From NCBI GenBank assembly GCA_000388065.2, contig KB932207.1: a DNA stretch of 28,463 bases. One strand, 5' to 3'. This document shows positions 1 to 7,653 of the stretch, piece after piece; positions within the stretch are counted from its first letter, which is position 1, and every line of letters begins with the position of its first letter. A program made the position numbers and the translations under genes. The DNA comes from Fonticula alba ATCC 38817. Taxonomy: Eukaryota > Protista > Nucleariida. The notes under the pieces are model-generated. The model had not been told where the DNA came from. It did not search any database and saw only the letters and a program-made list of their open reading frames with translations.

Positions 1-60
1 CCCGCCTCATTTTCCGAGCCCGAGGTCCGGGTCCTGAGCGCGCAAGCGGTCAATTCGCTG

Positions 61-640
61 ATGCGCAGTCGGATTCGCTCGCACGGGTCCGCCATGCCGG
101 CCGTTTCGCCGAACAACGCCGACTCCTTCGTCTTCGATGACTCGCCGCTGCCCAGTGATGAGGAGGACGAGCAGCACTCCTTCGACACGGAGATCTCCTT
201 CGGCTCGGGCATGCACCACATCCAGCGGGCCGACGGCATGAGCCGCCCCCGGCGTCGGCCAAAGTCCTCGCTCTCGGTGACCGACAGCCCCCGGAGTCCG
301 GGCGCCGGTTCGAGCACCTCCTCCGCCGGCGACTACCGTGATGGCGGCGACAGTGGCAGCCGGTCTGGCTCCGAGTCGCCGCCCGAGGTGGTGGACGCCT
401 TCCCTGGTGGCGAGAACCCGACCTGGGCGCGGGCCTTTGTGGCCCTGCTGCCGAGTGTCGTCACCCTTTCGGCTCTCTGCTGCGGGATCAGTTCAATTCG
501 CAGTGGTACGCACTGGCTCCCTCCCACGGGCGGCCTCCTCCCCCTCGCCACGTGCCCGTCTCCCTCCCTGTATCTCTGTGTCTCTCTCTGTCTCTCTCTG
601 TCTCTCTCTGTCTCTCTCTGTCTCTCTCTGTCTCTGTCTC

Positions 641-671
<31 letters not shown>

Positions 672-2013
672 TTTCCTGTCTGGCGCGGGTTTCCGGGTGC
701 TGCCGGACTCCCTGACTGACCATTCATTCCCTTTTTGACCTCACTTCCCCCCCTCCCCGCTCCGATATTCACGCAGCCTACCTCGGTGATTACCACATGG
801 CCGTGGGGCTACTGTCCCTCTCGGCCGTGCTTGACGGTCTTGACGGCCTGGTGGCTCGTCTGCTCAATGGTGCGCCTATGCCGTCTCTTTGTCCGCCGGC
901 CGACACGGGCCGCGGCCTCCCCTTTTTGGCCATCGCCCTCAGGCATCCTGCGACCGGGCCCTTTCCACGTCAAACAGCTGACCCTCCTTCGCTTCTTCCC
1001 CCCTCCCTGCCTCCCGTTGTTGTAGCTACCTCGCAATTTGGCGCGGAGCTTGACTCCCTCTGTGATCTGGTCGACTTCGGCGTGGTCCCCTGCGTTGTGG
1101 TCTACCTTTGGTTCGTGGCCGCCCTCCGGTATCCCGGTCCGACCGAGCGCCGCTTCTATTCCTCTGACACACCGCTCCCCCCCCCCTTCCCGCACCGGTG
1201 CACAGGGCCTCTCGCATTGAGGACTCCGTGATCTCGGATCTGCACTTGTGGATGTGCGGGCTCTTCTATGCGGCCTGCTGCGCGTACCGGCTGGCCCGCT
1301 TCAACCTCACCAACATCCTCTCGCCGAAGGCCGTCACCTACATTGTCAGCCAGCGCCACATTGCTCGTGAGCAGGCCGAGGCCAATGGCCCGGCCACCAG
1401 CCCCGACCCGGCCCCCACGCGGCCGCTTTCCCGCCGCCACTTTGCCTACTACCGCGCCCTGCCCCGCCGGGCGCTGACCGGTTTCCGCATCCGCGGCCAG
1501 CGCATCCTCGATGACTATGTCTCGCGGCAGAAGTTCTTCCGCGGCGTGCCGGCCCCCATGGGCGGGGCTCTGGCCCTTCTGCCGATTGTCCTGTCGCTGG
1601 AGCTGGCTCACGGGGAGCAGGATCTCACCCTGCCCGCTTGGCACCGTCGGTCCCTGGGCGAGGTGGCCGGCATGCTGTTCGGCTCGCGCGCGGCCCGGTG
1701 GTGCCTCCCCCCGGGGGTGGGCCCGGTGGTGCTGGACGCGCGCGTTGTCGCGGCCATCGTCCTGCTGTCTGTCGGCGTGCTGATGGTCAGTCGCCTGCCG
1801 ACCTTCTCCTCGAAGATGATTGTCCGGAACCCGGTCACCGAGTCGCACCTCCTCCCGCCCAAGTCCCCGCTCATGGGCGTCCTCCGGATTGCCATCCTGC
1901 TGTTCATCGCCGGTAGCCTGGTTCTGGCCCCCTGGCGCTTTGGCCTCCTTTTCAGCCTGCTCTACATCGGCTCCCTGCCGATCGGCCCGATCGTCTGGCG
2001 GGCGGTCGACTGA
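61..2013 (+). CDS. pssA: CDP-diacylglycerol:serine O-phosphatidyltransferase (phosphatidylserine synthase, CDP-alcohol phosphotransferase family), 4 exons, about 476 aa
   Basis: Exons 61-505, 777-869, 1026-1110 (alternative donor gives 1026-1128) and 1206-2013, with GT-AG introns in consistent phase. Splicing rebuilds the family motif DGxxARxxxxxxxxGxxxDxxxD as [23 protein letters not shown]. Downstream PSS motifs RLARFN, FFRGVPAP and LMVSRLPTFS are present. The N-terminal ~130 aa are Ser/acidic and low complexity. Confidence 0.93.
573..670. repeat. (CT)n/(CTGT) microsatellite in pssA intron 1
   Basis: Directly visible run of tctctctctg-type units. Confidence 0.95.
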
Positions 2014-2030
2014 GGAAAAGAGGGGCCCCG

Positions 2031-2033
<3 letters not shown>

Positions 2034-2092
<59 letters not shown>

Positions 2093-2110
2093 GTGTGCGC
2101 GCGCGCGCAC
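2034..2110. repeat. (TG)n microsatellite followed by (CG)n, just 3' of the pssA stop
   Basis: Directly visible. Confidence 0.95.
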
Positions 2111-2401
2111 ATGAGCACCCGTTGTTTATCATGCCACTCTACGCGTGAAACGCCACCGCGCGCACTACCTCTTCTTCCTGTCCTTGTCATCATTTCCTCC
2201 CCTCCCTGCACAGGAGCCTCCCTCTTTCCTCATCTGCCGCTTCTCTCTCTCTTCCCAATAGATAGCGATTGTTGTGTGCGCCGCTCCGGCGAACGTGCGC
2301 CCCCCCCCCCCCTTTCCCTTCCCTGACCCTGCTTCTCTTGTGTCTTTCACGTATGTCTGCATATGATGGGCGTCGTGTCTGTGTGCGGGGGCCCATGTTA
2401 G

Positions 2402-3171
2402 NNNNNNNNNNNNNNNNNNNNNNNNNNNNNNNNNNNNNNNNNNNNNNNNNNNNNNNNNNNNNNNNNNNNNNNNNNNNNNNNNNNNNNNNNNNNNNNNNNN
2501 NNNNNNNNNNNNNNNNNNNNNNNNNNNNNNNNNNNNNNNNNNNNNNNNNNNNNNNNNNNNNNNNNNNNNNNNNNNNNNNNNNNNNNNNNNNNNNNNNNNN
2601 NNNNNNNNNNNNNNNNNNNNNNNNNNNNNNNNNNNNNNNNNNNNNNNNNNNNNNNNNNNNNNNNNNNNNNNNNNNNNNNNNNNNNNNNNNNNNNNNNNNN
2701 NNNNNNNNNNNNNNNNNNNNNNNNNNNNNNNNNNNNNNNNNNNNNNNNNNNNNNNNNNNNNNNNNNNNNNNNNNNNNNNNNNNNNNNNNNNNNNNNNNNN
2801 NNNNNNNNNNNNNNNNNNNNNNNNNNNNNNNNNNNNNNNNNNNNNNNNNNNNNNNNNNNNNNNNNNNNNNNNNNNNNNNNNNNNNNNNNNNNNNNNNNNN
2901 NNNNNNNNNNNNNNNNNNNNNNNNNNNNNNNNNNNNNNNNNNNNNNNNNNNNNNNNNNNNNNNNNNNNNNNNNNNNNNNNNNNNNNNNNNNNNNNNNNNN
3001 NNNNNNNNNNNNNNNNNNNNNNNNNNNNNNNNNNNNNNNNNNNNNNNNNNNNNNNNNNNNNNNNNNNNNNNNNNNNNNNNNNNNNNNNNNNNNNNNNNNN
3101 NNNNNNNNNNNNNNNNNNNNNNNNNNNNNNNNNNNNNNNNNNNNNNNNNNNNNNNNNNNNNNNNNNNNNNN
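2402..3171. other. Assembly gap (N run)
   Basis: 770 N, flanked on the right by poly-G. ORF-track entries spanning it are not real. Confidence 1.
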
Positions 3172-3434
3172 GGGGGGGGGGGGGGGGGCCTGGCACACGC
3201 GTCCACCACAGCCGGCGGGCGGTCACTCCGGGTGGGGTGACTTCTGCCGCTTGGCCTGTGGCATTCGCGGGCGGCCGCGCATGGCACTGTCAACACTGCC
3301 TAGAGGAAGCACCCCACGAGCTGAGCCCTGCAGGCAACCGGCCACCCACACTCCCTCTCCTCTCCTCTCCTCCCCTGTCTTCCTTTGACCCTCTCGCGCC
3401 TCCTGCTTCGCTCTCCAGAGCCCGCTCGCCCCGC

Positions 3435-3777
3435 GTATGTCCTTGCCCTCCTTCTCCCCTCTCCCTATCTCTCTCTCTCTCTCTCTCTCCCTCTCCCCCT
3501 CTCCCTCTCTCTTGCCTCGCCGGGGTCAACATCACACACATCCACCAGGCGTCTAAACACAAGTGCTGACCTCCCTCCTTCTCCGCCCCTTGGTCAGCCC
3601 TCCGAGACAGGATCCCCGAGGCATCTCTGTTCCCCGCGCCGCCTCAGTCCCGTCGTCGTACGTTTGCTGCCCCCGCCCCCGCCCCCCCCCTCGCCGGCTC
3701 TCTTTCTGTCTTCCGTTTGGCGGGCCTCTTCGTGGGCCGGCGCCCGACTGACCTCCATGCCCTGATTGCCACCCCAG
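3435..3777 (+). other. Two probable upstream (5' leader) introns, 3435-3597 and 3658-3777, around a 60-nt exon (3598-3657) of the orphan gene
   Basis: Donors GTATGT (3435) and GTACGT (3658) match this window's consensus. CTGAC branch-like motifs at 3566 and about 3747, pyrimidine tracts and CAG acceptors at 3597 and 3777. Confidence 0.5.
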
Positions 3778-3951
3778 ACAGAGTCTCCCCATCTCCCTCC
3801 CTCTCTCTCTCTCTCCCTCTCTCTCGCCCTCCCCCCCCCCTTTCCCCTTCATCAGGCACCCCACAAGAACGAGAGAGAGTGCGCGCGAGGGAGCCCGCTA
3901 CCAGTGTCGCCGCCGCCGCCGCCGCCACCACCACTCCCGACCCTCATAAAG

Positions 3952-6084
3952 ATGTCCTCCTTCGTGGCGGCGGGGCACTCCGCCTCCCCCTCTCCTTCTA
4001 CCCCGCAGATCTCACCCACCGGGCAGGCCCCCTTCTTCGGTGGGACCAATACCGGAGTTCGGATGCCGAGCCGCTTCCCGGGGGCCGATGCGCTGGCCGC
4101 CAACGCCACCCCCACCCCCCCCACCACGGCCACGGCCACCGCCGCGCGGTCTCAGATGTCCGCCGCTCCGGTCACGCTGGCCGCCTCGGCCGTGGCCGGG
4201 TCCCAAAGTGACACCTATTCGGCCGACGGGAACTATAGCTCCTTGGTCGAGCTGGTCGGCGGGGACTTGTCGCGCTTCGGCATGACCAGCTCCATCGGGG
4301 CCACCATCACCCAGCTGCACCTGCTGAATCCCCAAGTGGCATCGCTCTTCAGTGTCCTCTTCCAGGCCATCGATCGGCTGTCACACCGGGTGGCCGACCA
4401 GCCCTCGGCCGACACCATGTCCCAGGCGCGGCTGATGGCCGATCGCCTGCCACCGCTGCTGAATGAGCTTTCGCATGTTTTGCAATCTGGCATTCTTGGA
4501 GCCGGGGCCGGGGCCGGGGCCGCGCGAGCCGTCCCCCCCGCCAGGTCGACTGCCGGGCTGGTGGACCCGCGTGGCCCGGGGGCCGGCCATGTTGGCGCTG
4601 GTGGCACCAATGCCCCGAGTGCGCCTGGCAATTCGGAGCCCGGCACCGATGCCTCCGGTCGGCAGGTTCCCCCGAACAACTATCTCGGCGGGCTGATTGG
4701 CATCCCCAGCTGGGGCCTCGGCGGGTATGGCGGCCTCTACCAGCCGCTGCCCGGGTTTGCGGCCCACCCGCCGGTGGTCGTGCACACGCCCAATGGCCCG
4801 ATGCTCGGGGGCTTCCCCCCGTCGATGGTGGCTGCTGGGCATGTGCCGGCCGGGGCCAATGCCAATGCCGCGAGCGGTGGTGCCCAGGTCACCGGGTCCT
4901 CCTCGGCGGCGGTGTCTGCGGCCACGGGCGCGGCTGCCACCGCCACGCCCGGCGGTATTGCGTCCGCCGGTCCGTCGCTGAGTGGCACCGGGTCGCCGGT
5001 GCTGCGCCCGGCCGGCGCCGGGCTCGATGGCATTGGCAGCCCCTCCCCCAGCGGGCTGGTCAATGGGCTGGACCTTCTGTCATCGTCGGCAAGCCCGTCG
5101 CTTGGTGGGTCGGCCACTCCCGGCGCCCCGCTGGCCGGCGTGCCGCACAATGACGACCCGGAGGATGACCGGGGCTTTGATGTGGCGGCCAGGGCACCGG
5201 GTTCCGGTGGGCCGGGGCTCCTTTCGCCGGCTCCCGGACGCGTGGCTCCTTCGGCTGGCGGGACTGGCGGGGCCGCCGGGGTACCGGGCGCCGCCGGGGG
5301 TCCCCTCCCCCCGGGCTCGCCATCGGTCAATGCCTCGTTGGCGGCCATCTCCTTCTTCGGCTCGTCGCCCGGCACGCACGTGGATCCGGTCATGTACAAC
5401 CTGCTGGCGCACCTGGAGCAGCGGACTTTCACCCGGCCCGGGCCGGTGTTGCCATTCTCCACCATGTCGGTCAAGGAGGCCCGGCAGATGCTCCGCTCGA
5501 CCAAGCTCTCGACCAAGACCACGCAAAACATCCGCTACGCCGTGAATGAAATTAAGCGGGACATCCGCCGGATCTACCGGGACAAGGTGACCGGCTCGGC
5601 GTACGATCTGGCCCGGCTGTGCGTGCATCATGCGCACCAGTCCTTCGTGGATATCCAATCGTCGGACCCCCTGCCGAATGTCATCCTCCGGGCCATCATC
5701 ATGCTGTTGGACTTCATCAACAAGCACAACCAGAAGCACTCGAACAAGCGCCAGCGGCTGGCTAGCACCGAGGCGGCGTCAACAGCCGCCCCGGCGACCG
5801 CGGCGGCCGCCACCCCCGGTGCCAGTGGCGGCGCCGGGTCCGACGATGAAGATGATGATCCTGGCGCCGGCGGCGGGTCGGACGATGATGAGGGTGGCGT
5901 GTCCTCGCCGCCGGGCGGCACTTCCGTCACGACCGTCATCCGTCGCAGTCCGCTGACGGCCACTCGCACCCTGGCGCCCGAGGCCTTGGGCGCTTCGCAA
6001 CCTGGCGCCGTCCTTGATTCTTCCCCGGACCTGGCACCTGGCAGTCCGTTGCCGCTGGCCGGCGGAGGTACCGCCCCTCGGTAG
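3952..6084 (+). CDS. Hypothetical protein, about 710 aa, Ala/Gly/Pro/Ser-rich with two predicted helical patches; possibly nuclear
   Basis: Uninterrupted ORF from ATG 3952 (the ORF-track start at 3766 is a TTG inside CT/poly-C sequence). Coding-like GC3-rich codon usage. Non-low-complexity segments at about 4234-4500 and 5374-5760, the latter ending in an NLS-like KRQR. No family recognised. Confidence 0.8.
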   Translation: MSSFVAAGHSASPSPSTPQISPTGQAPFFGGTNTGVRMPSRFPGADALAANATPTPPTTATATAARSQMSAAPVTLAASAVAGSQSDTYSADGNYSSLVELVGGDLSRFGMTSSIGATITQLHLLNPQVASLFSVLFQAIDRLSHRVADQPSADTMSQARLMADRLPPLLNELSHVLQSGILGAGAGAGAARAVPPARSTAGLVDPRGPGAGHVGAGGTNAPSAPGNSEPGTDASGRQVPPNNYLGGLIGIPSWGLGGYGGLYQPLPGFAAHPPVVVHTPNGPMLGGFPPSMVAAGHVPAGANANAASGGAQVTGSSSAAVSAATGAAATATPGGIASAGPSLSGTGSPVLRPAGAGLDGIGSPSPSGLVNGLDLLSSSASPSLGGSATPGAPLAGVPHNDDPEDDRGFDVAARAPGSGGPGLLSPAPGRVAPSAGGTGGAAGVPGAAGGPLPPGSPSVNASLAAISFFGSSPGTHVDPVMYNLLAHLEQRTFTRPGPVLPFSTMSVKEARQMLRSTKLSTKTTQNIRYAVNEIKRDIRRIYRDKVTGSAYDLARLCVHHAHQSFVDIQSSDPLPNVILRAIIMLLDFINKHNQKHSNKRQRLASTEAASTAAPATAAAATPGASGGAGSDDEDDDPGAGGGSDDDEGGVSSPPGGTSVTTVIRRSPLTATRTLAPEALGASQPGAVLDSSPDLAPGSPLPLAGGGTAPR

Positions 6085-6287
6085 CGCTGGGCATGGCGGC
6101 CTTCCTCCCCCTTTCCTGCTCCGCCTTGCCCTGGGTCCGCATCCTTTGTCCTCGTTTTCCCCCCCCCCCCCCCCTCATGGCTTCTTGCCCTCTTGTGTAA
6201 ATCCCTCGTCTCTTTCCTCCCCCCCCCCTCTTCCTCCTCTCCCGTTGTGTACGAACGTGCGTGCGTGTGTGCGTGCGAGAGGGGGAG

Positions 6288-6305
6288 ACGACGCTCTTCC
6301 GATCT
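6288..6305 (+). other. Illumina TruSeq adapter fragment (assembly artefact)
   Basis: ACGACGCTCTTCCGATCT, the 3' end of the TruSeq universal adapter, joins two identical copies (6169-6287 and 6306-6424). Confidence 0.97.
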
Positions 6306-6549
6306 CCCCCCTCATGGCTTCTTGCCCTCTTGTGTAAATCCCTCGTCTCTTTCCTCCCCCCCCCCTCTTCCTCCTCTCCCGTTGTGTACGAACGTGCGTG
6401 CGTGTGTGCGTGCGAGAGGGGGAGAAAGAGGAGGAGGGAGAGAAAGAGAGAGAGAGAGAGGGAGCGGCAGGGCGGGAGAGGAGGCCGCACAAACAGACAC
6501 CATAGACACTTCTTTCCTTCGTTCTTCTTACCGTGCTCTGCTTGTGGGT

Positions 6550-6589
6550 GGTCTGGCGGTCTGGCGGTCCGGCGGTCCGGCGGTCTGGC
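6550..6589. repeat. 8-bp tandem repeat GGTCYGGC x5 (second copy at about 6649-6688 is artefactual)
   Basis: ggtctggc ggtctggc ggtccggc ggtccggc ggtctggc. Confidence 0.85.
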
Positions 6590-6615
6590 GCGCGCTCGTG
6601 TGTGGGGCAGTGTCG

Positions 6616-6639
6616 AGATCGGAAGAGCGTCGTGTAGGG
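6616..6639 (+). other. Illumina TruSeq adapter read-through (assembly artefact)
   Basis: AGATCGGAAGAGCGTCGTGTAGGG between two identical ~75-bp copies (6541-6615 and 6640-6714). Confidence 0.98.
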
Positions 6640-6819
6640 CTTGTGGGTGGTCTGGCGGTCTGGCGGTCCGGCGGTCCGGCGGTCTGGCGCGCGCTCGTGT
6701 GTGGGGCAGTGTCGGCGCCACCGGCGGGCGTTGGCACGTGCCACCTGTGATTGATAACATGACCGCCGGCGGCGGCATTCCATCCGGCGGTACACATCTC
6801 CCCGCCCAGCGGAGGGGGG

Positions 6820-7603
6820 NNNNNNNNNNNNNNNNNNNNNNNNNNNNNNNNNNNNNNNNNNNNNNNNNNNNNNNNNNNNNNNNNNNNNNNNNNNNNNNNN
6901 NNNNNNNNNNNNNNNNNNNNNNNNNNNNNNNNNNNNNNNNNNNNNNNNNNNNNNNNNNNNNNNNNNNNNNNNNNNNNNNNNNNNNNNNNNNNNNNNNNNN
7001 NNNNNNNNNNNNNNNNNNNNNNNNNNNNNNNNNNNNNNNNNNNNNNNNNNNNNNNNNNNNNNNNNNNNNNNNNNNNNNNNNNNNNNNNNNNNNNNNNNNN
7101 NNNNNNNNNNNNNNNNNNNNNNNNNNNNNNNNNNNNNNNNNNNNNNNNNNNNNNNNNNNNNNNNNNNNNNNNNNNNNNNNNNNNNNNNNNNNNNNNNNNN
7201 NNNNNNNNNNNNNNNNNNNNNNNNNNNNNNNNNNNNNNNNNNNNNNNNNNNNNNNNNNNNNNNNNNNNNNNNNNNNNNNNNNNNNNNNNNNNNNNNNNNN
7301 NNNNNNNNNNNNNNNNNNNNNNNNNNNNNNNNNNNNNNNNNNNNNNNNNNNNNNNNNNNNNNNNNNNNNNNNNNNNNNNNNNNNNNNNNNNNNNNNNNNN
7401 NNNNNNNNNNNNNNNNNNNNNNNNNNNNNNNNNNNNNNNNNNNNNNNNNNNNNNNNNNNNNNNNNNNNNNNNNNNNNNNNNNNNNNNNNNNNNNNNNNNN
7501 NNNNNNNNNNNNNNNNNNNNNNNNNNNNNNNNNNNNNNNNNNNNNNNNNNNNNNNNNNNNNNNNNNNNNNNNNNNNNNNNNNNNNNNNNNNNNNNNNNNN
7601 NNN
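6820..7603. other. Assembly gap, probably containing the first ILK exon(s)
   Basis: 784 N flanked by G and C homopolymers. The first visible ILK exon starts in phase 2, about 30 aa into the human alignment. Confidence 0.95.
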
Positions 7604-7653
7604 CCCCCCCCCCGCCCCTTTTCTCCTTCTGCTTGTCCCCCTCTTTTGCCCAG

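Noticed and set aside
2165-3296. Long ORF-track entries crossing N runs (also 5936-7990, 6175-7770, 23827-26892, 24896-26224 and 25115-26656)
   Set aside because: Their length comes from X residues in gaps; they are not evidence of genes.
6541-6714. Repeat-spacer-repeat layout suggestive of a CRISPR unit or target-site duplication
   Set aside because: The spacer is Illumina adapter; only two copies, a eukaryotic context and no cas or transposase gene.
6759-6795. ATG ACC GCC GGC... as a possible first ILK exon
   Set aside because: MTAGGGIPSG does not resemble the ILK N-terminus and the following GTACAC lacks the +5 G seen in 24 of 25 donors; the real start is more likely in the gap.
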